DNA of 64,000 bases from Amoeboaphelidium protococcarum X5 (lineage: Eukaryota; Fungi; Aphelidiomycota): contig JALDTO010000057.1 of the NCBI GenBank assembly GCA_023515725.1, forward strand, positions 325,575 through 389,574, read 5' to 3'. The notes below the pieces were generated by a model that made no database searches, had not been told where the DNA came from, and saw nothing but the letters and a program-made list of their open reading frames with translations. This document shows, one piece after another, positions 52,511-64,000 of this stretch. The position numbers and the translations under genes were made by a program. How positions within the stretch are numbered: the first letter of the stretch is position 1; every line of letters begins with the position of its first letter.

Positions 52511-53010
52511 TTTCGTACAGTCTATCTTGTTTATCTAGCCTTAAAGGATTAATACTTAGGAAGATGAAGACAGCGAAAGGATTATTTTAAACTACTACGT
52601 TAATTGCTACTACAGCAGACGAACTAAAATGTGAATGAAATATAACGTGATCTATGCCCAGTAATTGGTTCAAACAATCCCCGTAACACGCGTGCGAACT
52701 TTGATTGGTCAAGCCGTGATCACGAGAAATTGTATTACTTCAAATGTAACGTTGAAAAGGTCACAGTGGATCCTTAGATTAAAAGCTTGATTTGCTGAGA
52801 GTGTTACACCAAAATTTTAAGAGATTGATGAGCTAAATATAATATGAATGAAACTAAAGAACAAATTGACACTGATTGAGCATTCGTTCACGTTCAGTCG
52901 ATTATCACAGGAGAAATTTCCAAAGTAAACGAGCGTTCTACTTTTCCATCAAGGCGACCAACTCTCAATATTTTTTTCCTCCCAAAGTCTATCAGAATTA
53001 CTAAGCCAAA

Positions 53011-53336
53011 ATGAACAACCAAGCTCGCACTATAGTTTCCCGTGCATTAAGAATGCCTATGGCACGTCGTACTTATACTGATGATGGAGCAATCTCCGCA
53101 TCCAATACATCGTAAGACTTAACAACTATTTACTTTGTTCTTAAATGCTCTCACAAATGAATAAGTATCATTACTGTAGTTTTGGTAAGAGAGGTCGCGC
53201 ATAGGAAGAAGCGTACAGTCATTAGAGAGACCTGGAGAAACTGCAGCAGTTGAGAGAAAAGCTGAAGAAGGCCTAGAAGGAGTTGGATGATCATACTGAG
53301 GAGGTTATTAAGAATGCCACCAAGAATAAAAAGTGA
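53011..53336 (+). CDS. Mitochondrial F1F0-ATPase inhibitor IF1-like (intron 53112-53179)
   Basis: Presequence, DGAI...SFGKRGRA(Q)EEAY...(Q)RDLEKLQQLREKL. Confidence 0.8.
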
Positions 53337-53440
53337 ACTACTCGCTCGCTGATTGCAGTAAAGCGCGAATGACTATTATATGAATTTTATCATCATTAAT
53401 GCTAAATTCTACAGGTTCTCTGTCATTCTTATTGTCATAT

Positions 53441-54178
53441 TCAGTCTAGTTGGTAAACTAAAAAGTCTTGATCAAAAGATTCTGCTAGTTTTTAACCAAG
53501 AGCTGTAGGTTGACTGAATGCCACATCTTTCATCGTTAGGACTTGAGCAAAAGCGAACGTTATCTTGACAACACTCAATAACTATGAAGCTATACCTTTA
53601 CGCCTATGTCCAGCAGAAGTCCATATCCGCGATATTCCACACGCTGCTTTAGTTACGGTACGCGTTTGTGTCGCGTAATCTTTAAATTTGTAAGCTTCCA
53701 CTATAGGTTCCACTACACAACATCCTATGATTCTACGACTACTCTTAGCATCATCACTTTTGCATTCTTAAACATATAAATACACCTTGGCACGGCGGAG
53801 TTCTTCATCAGAAAGCTCAACGGCGCCTAAATCCCGCTGAATCAAATCAAGCAAATGTTTCAGCTTAGCCTTGAACTTGAGCACATCATGTAGAATGATA
53901 ATCATACTATCCCTTCTACTATTTGACAATTCCACTATGCGAAAACTATCACTATTGCGTTAAATAAAATCTAACCTCCATAACGGGACACCATCAAAGA
54001 ACATTTGGTGATATTTCTAGTGATTAGACTTGTCCACACTGCCCACCTCACTGTATAACATTCCGCACTCCTTACATTCAGTTAGACTGTGTAATTTCTT
54101 ATTCAGCTTCGCACCTTTGGTAGACACAGTATTGAATGAAAGACACAGCTACTACTCGCTCCTTTTCCTCTTTGTCAT
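53441..54178 (-). CDS. ECO1: Cohesin acetyltransferase Eco1/ESCO
   Basis: CKECGMLY...HQKYH zinc finger, GISRIWTSAGHRRKGIAS, VAFSQPT..G. Confidence 0.9.
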
Positions 54179-54333
54179 TTTATTTAAGCCACTTACTTAC
54201 AGTTAGTTACTCTTACACCGCTTGATCCACAGGAATTAACAAAGCATTATTGAGGCGAGACGAATCTCAGTTTCCATTCTTTTAAAGCCGCGTTTTTTCT
54301 AGTGGAAATAGAGCACTTTTTCTCTGACAACAA

Positions 54334-55017
54334 ATGTTCAAGGCTAGAAAGTCTAAAGGGAATATTAGGAAGAAGACTGCTGGTGGCGATTCGCTGTAAC
54401 CTCCCATTGGAGCAGATGATATTGATTCCACCTAGTCCTAATAGCCAGATTAACAAGTCATCGCAAGCATCAAATTGAAGTCCTTGTATGTTGAAAAGAG
54501 GTACGGTTTGACATTCAACAGTCACAATGCTAATATAAATGATGTAATAATTAATGATGATGATAATTCTGAGTAACAAAGATAAGTAGATATATCTGAA
54601 TCGAGTAATAAAATACTGACTTTGGATTAACTTGACGAAATGGATTTAGAAGATAATGATGCATTAAATGATTAATAAAGCGGAATAGATGAGTCTGATA
54701 GAGATAGTGAATTATAAGAGTGGGAAAATGAGTAAATTAGAAAAGGCACACTGTTCAACAATAATGATTATAATCTCCCTGCTAGTGGAATACCTGGACC
54801 GTCTCAGAGATCTATAAAAACTTTGCACAAGGTACGCGTCATGCCGACCAAGTTACGTCCATTTGGAGAGATTATGGATAAGCTCAATCTCTTAGCTTAA
54901 GTTTATGAGTAGTCAGAAGTCATTTAAAGTCTTTAGTAGAAACTGGCGTCCATAGATTATTAGATTGAATCGCGTCAAGAGGAGGTTAAACATTTGAATA
55001 GTCTTCTGCAACAATGA
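54334..55017 (+). CDS. Ntr2/PAXBP1-like spliceosome-associated protein (short form)
   Basis: MFKARKSKGNIRKK start, EL(Q)EWENE(Q)IRKG motif, C-terminal coiled coil. Confidence 0.5.
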
Positions 55018-55067
55018 CTTGTAAGTATAATTTTATAGTATTAATTTATGCAGATACTTTTTCATCA

Positions 55068-55700
55068 TCATTTCCTTTAACTTTATGTGTACGCTTGTCT
55101 GTGTCGTTTAGACTTCTTGTCATGATCGGTATAATCATCGTCTTCGTCAACTTTCCATATGCTCTAAGTCGACCGCCGCCTCTTCTAAAGGGAACTGTAC
55201 CGCAATCTGTCATGAATTGACGGAGTATTACCATCCATTTTTACTATAGGTGAATCTAACCAGCGTCGCTCTTGTATTATAGAGTCATCCACAATAATAC
55301 TGGAGGCTGTGACAAGTTTAGGCGATCTTGTTCTCCCTCGCCGCCGTTGACTAATGTCTGCTTATTGACTCTGACTATTAAAATATCCTCCATCTTACTA
55401 TTACTGATCGCGCTCTTTAGCAAATGCATAAGTTACATCAAGTTTAATTCCATCCAACTAGGCGCCATTCATACTTTTAATAGCTTTGGCTACATCTTGA
55501 GCCAGTTTATATTCCACGAATGCGAATGGTTTGAATAGACCATTATTAGTGGGCGACGATTGATGTTTCGGATAATACGCAGGATGATAGATATCTTTCA
55601 GCGGGCCATAATATCCAAAAATCTCTTCCAAATGTCGCCTAGTAACATTTCCACTTATATTTCTAACAAATAATCTAGTTTGACTATGCATCGAAGTCAT
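55068..55700 (-). CDS. RRM protein, RNPS1-like
   Basis: LFVRNISGNVTRRHLEEIFGYYG, FAFVEY, AIKSMNGA(Q)LDG; basic RS-like tail. Confidence 0.78.
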
Positions 55701-55872
55701 TATCTAGATGGCTGTACTGTATGCAGTTGTCTTTCTCTCTTCCTCAGATTAATGAATGGCGGAAATGCTTCTTCGATTGCTAAAAATTGCGCGAGCTTTG
55801 TCGCGTCCTTTTTCTGCTTACCACAGTTAGAGTATTGTTCAGTTAGTTCATAAGAAGAAGTATTCTGTAAAG

Positions 55873-56700
55873 ATGGAGGTATAGCCAGTTAGATGTTGGG
55901 TTGATAATTACGCGTACGTTGTGTATCATTCGAATAAGCCAGTTGCTCTCGTCGATCCTATAGATCCTGATGCTGTGTGCCAGTCTATCGCTAAAAAGTT
56001 GAACATTTCCGATATCACCGCCGTGCATTAAACACTCAAAAATCATAATACCGTGATATTGACTACGCATCACCACGATGATCATTCCAGTGGTAATGAA
56101 CCATTCAAGTCTCTGCTAGGCGATGCGCTCAAGGTTTACGGTTTCCACAAAGAAGGTGGTAGAATACCGGCGCTGAATTGCCCGTTGAAAGATGGCGAAG
56201 AAGTGCAACTGTCCAACTGTCCATTAAAGTTTAAAGCTCTGCATACTCCTCCGCACACATCCGGTCATATTTGCTACTATTTTGATGATGGCGAAGGCGC
56301 TGTGTTCACCGGAGACTGTCTATTTGTGGCAGGCAGTGGCTATATTAACGAGGGAACTCCCGCGGAGATGTATGAGTCATTGATGAAGAAGCTGTACGCG
56401 CTTCCTGACACTACCAAGGTGTATGTCGGTCATGAGTATACCGCGAGTAATTTAAAGTTTGCCACCCACATTGAACCATCCAATGAGAATATGAAGAGAA
56501 AGTTGGAGCTATTGCGCGGGAAGACTGGCGACTACTTCAGCGTGCCTAGTACCATCGGAGAGGAGAAGCTGACTAATCCATTCATGCGCGTCGATCATGC
56601 GGTGATCCAAACGGCTGTTGGCGGATCATCAGACGATTTGATCACGGTCATGGGTAAACTTAGAGAGGCTAAGAACAACTTTAAGCCACCAAAGAACTGA
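55873..56700 (+). CDS. GLO2: Hydroxyacylglutathione hydrolase (glyoxalase II)
   Basis: DNYAY, ILTTHHHDDHSSGN, TPPHTSGHICY, FTGDCLFVAG, GHEYT, PSTIGEEKLTNPFMR. Confidence 0.94.
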
Positions 56701-56742
56701 AATTAATATAAAATATATATATCTAGTAACTAGCGTCTTTAT

Positions 56743-57894
56743 TCAAACTACTCCTCTTTTCAATCTAAATTTACCCACTCTACGCCTGCTCTTATGTCTA
56801 CGATCGTGCAGAGGGCGCATGTCAATGACATTAGAGTCATCTCCCAGTGACTACTTACTAGAGTCCACAAGTCTACCGGCATCAGAGTCATAGTGCGCGA
56901 AATCCTTCTTCACTAGAACCTTTGGCTATCTTCTGAAGAACTTCTTGGTGACAATCTCAAAAGCGGCATCTCTAATTTCAGCAGTTTTGATCTACACTGC
57001 AATCTCCTTACCTCGCTGTGGCAGAAATCTTCCTCTCTTTGCAATCTAGAACAATAGTTTCTTGTCGCGCTCAGCCTAATCAAATTTCTTGATGTTCTTC
57101 TAACTCTCCGCGTCAAAGTCTTTCAATGACAAATGCTCGCCCTTGGCTCCAAATGCAGCGAAATTTACCTCTTCATCATAATCGTCCTCTGGTGTCTTTT
57201 GTTCTAGCAATTCGGGGTTGACGTTAATTTGCAATCCTTGATAGTACTTTGCGAAATGTAATTTCAGCGCCTTAAGATATGCATCCTATCTTTCGAAAAT
57301 GGCAATCTTCACATTTCTCATTGAAGTTTTCACTTTGCGGAATCTAATGCCAAAGTCGCCTCCAATCACGCCTTTACGACCAACTCCATAAACTGCACCT
57401 TCGTCGCGTCCAGTTCCATGGGCTTTAAATAGGAATCTCTAGTGATTATCAGTGTATTCGAGCATAGCTTTATTCTCAACTGAATTTATGCCGCCATACG
57501 GTGACCAGGTTGCAGACCATGGCTCCACTTCGTATTTCTTGCCCTCGACTTGTCGCGTCAGCAAACGATTACGCTCTAGCAGCAGAGTGAAATATATCTC
57601 CTGCAAATCTTCCCAAGATTTCTTGCGCAACGTCTACAAATCCCAAGATCTGCCGGTCAGAGGAGGTGTTCCTTCGTTGGGGACAATCTAAGCGGGATCC
57701 TCGAATATCGTATTCAATCTGTGTGGCTGATCTGGATTCCATCTGATTAACGCGTCTTCTGGTCTCTTCTACCGACTAGGCATTACATCTTGTGGTCTTG
57801 CAAATACTCTAACCTCCTTCCTCACTGTCGCTGCAGCAACTAGCGCAGAACTAGGCCTGCTGTGCAATATCAATCTTAGATTCATCCCCAGCAT
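56743..57894 (-). CDS. Mitochondrial ribosomal protein uL29m (MRP-L47/Mrpl4) with C-terminal extension
   Basis: TGRSWDL(Q)TLRKKSWEDLQEIYFTLLLERNRLLT; presequence-like N-terminus. Confidence 0.85.
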
Positions 57895-58035
57895 GATAGC
57901 TATGATGATAAAAAGTAACGATGGAAATCAGATGAAATAAAAAGAGACGCGCGTGTAGCTGGAGAAAATATCATAGTACAGTAAAATATAAACAGCGCTC
58001 TAAATTAGATTATTTTCCTTTTAAAACAAATCAAT

Positions 58036-61000
58036 TCAACTTGGCTGACCAACTTGTCTGATAGGATTCTTCAAAACCAGGGAAGCGCCAGTGCCAGGCA
58101 CGTTGGTTTTCATACTATCATAGGCCAAGCTACTGCCAGCAATAACTTCAGTTGGAGCCTGGGACTATGTCGACCATTAACGATATACATTAGGCGCCTG
58201 GACAAAAGTCTTCAATTCGACAATGAGATCTTGTGGAATCTTGAATATTTCCTCGTAATTATCAATGAGTAATTTCACAATATTTACAACAGCGGATGAA
58301 TCGTTAATCTCGCGCTGATCATCACTCATCGAATCTCCGGCCTCTGTACCTGGAGGTAGAACACCGCTCTTACCCGACTAAATCTTGGATGCAGGCAATT
58401 AAGGTGAATATCCACCGCCTTGGCCAGGTTATCCCATTTCAGATCCTTTATTACCGCCAGAACTCACAGTGACATCTCTGAGAATATTAGGTCCGAGACA
58501 TACCGCAAGATTCATTGAAGTCATCAAGTTACCTTTAATGACTTCCGGTTCTGATTATCCCTCATGTTCCACAGTCTGATCTTCGCTATGCAGAGAAACT
58601 TCATGCAGAAAGGACAACAATTTCTCCAACAAATGCCTGTGAGAAGGTGGCAATATCATGACAAAGTAACCGAGAAGCTCAACTTTAATCTTGGAATCTT
58701 TGATTTTATCCAGCTGCAAAAAGGCGCGGTACATCTTGCTATGAAGAAGAGGCTCAGGCAAATCTCTGAGAAACCATTTCAGCACACCAGCAACATCATG
58801 GACGTTGTACTGACTAAAATCAACTTCAAGATCATTAATGGTGGATTTCTAAGAAGCAGTCGCGGTTGCATTCTACGAAACTTGAAAATGAGGATTAGCA
58901 GCTTTCTGACTATACACCAAATCAACTCTCTCGAAGGCCTTTTTCAAAGCATCCATTCTCTTCACACTGCCTGCAATTCTGAAGATACCATTAACATGAA
59001 GCCCTTTCTCCAAGATATAATCAATACTGCGAATGATAACATGAGGAATGGCGGGAATGCCCAAACAAGACGTGTCATAACGCTCAGATAAATCTTCCAG
59101 ATTGGTACCAAATAGAGAGCCAGAAATAAGAGTTTATCCTGTGCTACCACTGCCAATACCTTACATGTTACTTGAAATGGACATATTAGCGGATATCTTC
59201 TCCTTCTCTTTGCCAGCCTCATTAAGTTTAAACAACTTCTTGAATGCGGATACCACGTTATTACCAGAATCGCCATCATTAGAGTTGGATTAATAATTCT
59301 CATGACCACGATCCAAGATGCGGACAGAATCATAAACAGGACCCAGACTTAGTGCCACATCAGTGAGATTGTTCAAGCCTACTGCTCGCTTAATCCTAGC
59401 TTAAATAAGATCGCGAAAATTATTGAGCATCTTCTGATTAGTCGCCGTTGCCCAAGAAGATAATTCAGAAGACAACTGCTCCTCACTAACACTATTCATG
59501 TCAAATGGTGGAAGATCAATGTCATTAACGCGCTGCGTCTCCTCCAGACGAACCATCAACTTCTGCAAAGGACTGAGATCTGCAAAAGCCTGATCATAAG
59601 ACACATTACTAGCAACAGAGCTCTACCGCGCATCCTACTTCAGCAAATGAATCTAACGACTGGTAATCTAATCCTCCGCGTGTGACCGCTTAATCGACTG
59701 GATCTCGTTAATCATCCGCTGACGCTCCGTTTCAGAATTCAGGCTGAAATAAATATTTTTCGTTCTTGTCGCGATTTTCACACAGAAGCCCAGACGCGGA
59801 GAGCCGTTCTGGCTGATTGACAACTTATTGAATGGCTCAATGCTGACAATTTTCAACACCAGAATAGTATTCGACGCCTTGTTATTAGCCCACCTGGCCT
59901 GAGTTTCATTCTTAAAACATTTCATTACGTATTGCTTGCTCACATTCTCAGTCTTCCTCTCAACGGACATCGTGACATACTTCTTCTGCCAGTAGCTGAA
60001 ATCCACCTCCACCGATGGAGAATCATTGAGGAATGTGTCAGGATAATTCGAGTCCAATTTAAACGCATAGCACGGTGTAAAATACGATGGCTCTTCATTG
60101 ACTCCAGCACCAGCACCGCCTTCTACCTATTGATTGTTAGCTGCTGATGATGATGACAACATTTTCTTGAAGGTAAAGATCGGTTTCCAGAAAGGAGGCG
60201 CAGCACGCATAATTTCGCTAAACTTCATGTCCTGCTGAAATGGCTTCCGCTGGTAAGCAAACTCCACTTCATCATTTTCCACCAGCAGAAATTGCCATCC
60301 CTAAGATTTGATGTATTTTTTGCCAGCCTGCGACATTATCAACCGTGTTCCCTTTGACACAATGTCCAACTGCATCGGATCAATGATTCGCCATTTTTTC
60401 AAAATCTGCGCCAGAACCTCATAGATTGTAGAGTCTGGGTGGATGAAGAATGTTTTATACTCATGCTGGGTAACGTCCGTGGAGTCATTGTTATCAGAAT
60501 CATACACCTTAACATTCCATCCGGGAGCATTTTAAGGCATTTTCAACTCTTTTGCTATAGAAGCTAAATGCTCATTGCTATCAGTCAAAGTTCCATCTTC
60601 TGTCCGATGAGTTTATAAATCTACTGACGGATCTAGTGCCTAGTCTAATTTTCTCAACTCCATATCGAAAGTCTTCATCAACTTTCCTATAGGTCGCTCT
60701 TGCATTGATACAACTTGGCGCCGCATGTTCTATGTGATCTCTGTCGTTGGCGCAGTGTTCTGCCTCTAGTGTTTAGCTGAGGCTTGTAAAGACTGCTGAT
60801 CCAACTGATTCTGAGATCCCACCACCATTCTCCCTTATCCTTCCCTATTTGACAAGAGAAAATTAAGCCAATTAGCATCTGATTATGCAGATTAAGCTCT
60901 TGAGCGGTCACTGTCACTTTATTAATCCTGATTAGTAGTATCCTTGATTGTCGTATCAACCGTGGGAGGCATCGTCATTCTCTTTGATTGGAGATCAGTA

Positions 61001-61044
61001 TTCGGTCCTCCTGAATTGTAACCTTTTCCCGGTGTGGACATCAT
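58036..61044 (-). CDS. RhoGAP protein with N-terminal RA-like and PH-like regions
   Basis: IPHVIIRSIDYILEKGLHVNGIFRIAGS, HDVAGVLKWFLRDLPEPLL, GNLMTSMNLAVCLGPNIL; track fragments share one frame. Confidence 0.88.
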
Positions 61045-61604
61045 ATGTATATTTATTTCTATAGTGTTTCTTTATTGATATCAGAATTCTTTGGAAATAG
61101 GTTGAAAGGTCAATGGACAGTTACGATGAGTTATGTTTGCTGCTGTTGCAATGAGTTCTGTATGCCACATCAATCTGTACAGCGTTGCTATGCTGATCGG
61201 GCAATGTAAAACAATTCAAATTTTCATCTCTTTATTGGAACATCATAGTCCGTGTTGAGCTACGTCTGGCAGTTCATCCTGTGCCTCACTTCATATGATC
61301 GAAACTGAATCGTTAAAATTGGACCAGCCAAGTTGTTACATAGGACTAGCCATAGATTCAAGCTGTTGAAGCTGATCTGAATTGTGCTGAACAAAGATTT
61401 CAGTCGGACTGTTGCGGTGTCTCGCACTATTTATACTATTTTAATCGGCATTTATCCAGAAAAAGCGCAAGTAATTTGCTAACCAATAAGGTAAGTCTAT
61501 AGTTCTTAAAATGTTTGGCGGAAATATAAACAAAAATGGTTTCGCCCATTCAATTCTATTACTTTTATCATCTTTCATTCCAAAACTGTAGTAGCACACG
61601 CTGA

Positions 61605-62180
61605 TCAAAATCTCATGTACGCGCCGCGTTATGGTGCCTTCTTTGGTTTATACTTTTCCGCAATTGTGTCATGAACATCGCGATAACTGTTGTGTTGGAG
61701 CTGGGCACCAATAAACTCACTGATAGGCAATTGATGCACTTTAAACAAACGCGTCTTAGCAATCAGCTTAATCTACGGATCCTTTAAATCTGGATTCTCA
61801 ACAGACACGATGCGATAGTCTCCAGTCTCCACATTAGGAAGTGACATGGACATGAACTTGCAATTGCTCCTGCCAATCTTTTCATTAACATACTACTTGA
61901 CTTTTTAAAATTTGGATGGAGAATACGGCTCGCCACCACTTCTGTAATGGTACTAAACGACGGGAATTAAAGGCATGCCAGAGCCATCTGATACAATGGA
62001 ATTCTTATCATTAAGTAAACCAAAGACAATATTTCCATCTTTACCAAACGCTTGATTGCTGCAGTACTTGAAGAAGAAATCCTTACCAGATACACCCTCA
62101 GATTAGATCATAGTAAAAGAATCGCCCAGGATAGCTGAAGCCAATAAAGCAATACTAATAATAAATAATACGGGATTCAT
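61605..62180 (-). CDS. Small secreted orphan protein (191 aa)
   Basis: Signal peptide MNPVLFIISIALLASAILG; open only with TAR=Gln; no recognised domain. Confidence 0.65.
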
Positions 62181-62813
62181 ATTATATTTATTCTATATAA
62201 GGTACCTTATATTTACGGGATGTCGTATAAGGACTAAGAATGACTTGATAAAATTGTCGACGTGGTGATTTCAACTCCGATCACACCGTTTTAACCATGT
62301 GGATCGTGATCGCGAGTTTTTCAAAGTGGACAGCAGTTGCGTTATTGAGTTGGTTCTCGGTACTGTACATGAAATAATCTGAAAAATACTATATTAAAGC
62401 CCTTTAACACGCTATTTTATGTTTCAGCCTTGCGGTGGAATAAAAGACAAAAACCATTAACACGTTGATCGAGAGAATTGAAAGCTATCATACCATCCCT
62501 AGTGGGTGAAGTATACAGGCTTAGTCATATCGTTGGACGTCCCAAAAAATTTCACGAATTAGAAACACTTTTAAATCTGCTTGAACTTCATTATTTGTAT
62601 AGATTATTGAGTATTTATTTTGTAGACAACCCATGGTGGTTATGCCGTTATTTACAAAACTCCTCTAAGACAACGAAACCGTGTGCAACTACGTCATCAA
62701 TTATTCTGGGATTTTCGGCTTGCCAAGCGCTCGGCCCCTTCATCGACTTTTCTACTCTGTATCAATCAAACGAATTAACAATACAGTCAAACTAACATTG
62801 AATCTTGATTAAA

Positions 62814-63806
62814 ATGGCTTCCTTTGATGATAGACCGTTGTACGTAACGGCCATAATCACTGTGTGCTATCAGCTGACATACTTTTTCATTGCATACTTT
62901 GCCCAGATTGATAAGGTGACTGATTTCGCCGGTGCCTCGAATTTCTTGATCAATGCTGTTGTATCGCTGGGATTTGCCGCATCGAATGCTCAAAATTTGG
63001 GCACCTTCGTCGGATCGAAGAAGATTGTGGCATCGCTATGCGTTGTAGTCTGGGCTGTGAGATTAGGCTTATTTCTACTGACAAGAGTCCTTAAGGCTGG
63101 TGATGACAAGCGATTTGATGAGATGAGAGAGAAATTCTTCTCCTTTCTAGGATTCTGGGTGTTCCAAATGCTATGGGTGTACATTGTCGGATTGAGTGTA
63201 GTGTTGATGAACAGTCTTGATGAGCAGCCATAGTTTGGCAGTGGTACTGATATTGCTGGCCTTGTGATTTTCATCATTGGTTTTATAATTGAAGCAGTTG
63301 CTGATCAGCACAAATTCTACCATCGCTTCAATTACACCACCAAGTACAAGCAAGAACACGATGGATAGGCTCCTCCTATCATCTAGACTGGCATGTGGAG
63401 ATTCAGTCGCCAGCCTAATTATTTTGGGGAGATCTTTTTGTGGTGGGGCATTTTCGTCATGTGTCTGAGCTAAACGTATCCTTCCACCAGCTACATTGCT
63501 ATAATCTCGCCAATTTTCATCACCCTCCTGCTGCTCTTCCTCAGTGGTATCCCGCTTGCTGAGAAAGGCTCACAGAAGAGATATTTTGGCTCGGATAATG
63601 TGGATCTTTAGAAGAATTATTACGATTACAGACAGCGTACATCTCCACTGATCTTGATGCCACCGTTCATCTATAAGCGTCTGCCACTGCTGATCAAGAG
63701 AATATTCTTTTTCGAATGGACAATCTATGAGAGTGAGTATCTGAGCTAAGCGTATGCCAAGTTTGGCTCTGGATCATCTTCAAATGATAATTTGCGCAAT
63801 GAGTGA
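62814..63806 (+). CDS. DUF1295 / steroid 5-alpha-reductase-like membrane protein
   Basis: DKVTDFAG, WAVRLGLFLLTRVLKAGDDKRFDEMR, EAVADQHKF, SRQPNYFGEIFLWWG, SGIPLAE. Confidence 0.9.
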
Positions 63807-63914
63807 TTAATGAAAGGATACAAAGTACTTAATTTACACATGGGATTTCCTCTATTGAATTATTGATCGCAGCGTTTAGTGATACAATCGAAAGGAGTAT
63901 GATCGCGTCATTCA

Positions 63915-64000
63915 GCAGGGTTAGGGCAGGGTTAGGGTTAGGGCAGGGTTAGCAGGGTTAGGCAGGGTTAGGGCAGGGTTAGGGCAGGGTTGGGCAGGGT
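63915..64000 (+). repeat. Telomeric array, unit TTAGGGCAGGG with variants
   Basis: G-rich tandem repeats running to the end of the window in the 5'->3' orientation expected of a right telomere. Confidence 0.88.

Overview
Gene-dense, intron-poor eukaryotic chromosome end from a fungus-related (holomycotan) organism that reads TAA and TAG as glutamine and uses only TGA as stop (translation table 6 behaviour). The supplied standard-code ORF track therefore shows only fragments. Re-reading with TAR=Gln gives about 40 protein genes, a tRNA-Gly(TCC) and 13 short GT-AG introns. Most genes are housekeeping or cell-cycle genes (ARPC3, mevalonate kinase, shugoshin, two proteasome beta subunits, mitochondrial RNA polymerase, POLD3, GCP3, RPB9, V-ATPase E, KIN4-like kinase, MBF/SBF APSES factor, galactokinase, ECO1, glyoxalase II). 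This code together with a fungal-type gene set fits an aphelid such as Amoeboaphelidium protococcarum (inference). Accessory features: a ~1,190-aa DUF6729-like DDE transposase element with asymmetric ends (3' hairpin plus CTAG, 5' direct-repeat array); a 1.45-kb insertion (frameshifted trypsin-like protease plus a MITE) flanked by a ~390-bp reciprocally decayed direct duplication; two unusual glycan-enzyme fusions; a tandem pair of orphan multi-pass receptor-like genes; a tail-anchored globin; and a non-canonical telomere (TTAGGGCAGGG)n starting ~110 bp after the last gene. Coordinates were derived by hand and family calls rest on remembered motifs, not database searches. Long ORFs were checked for frame consistency, not codon by codon.
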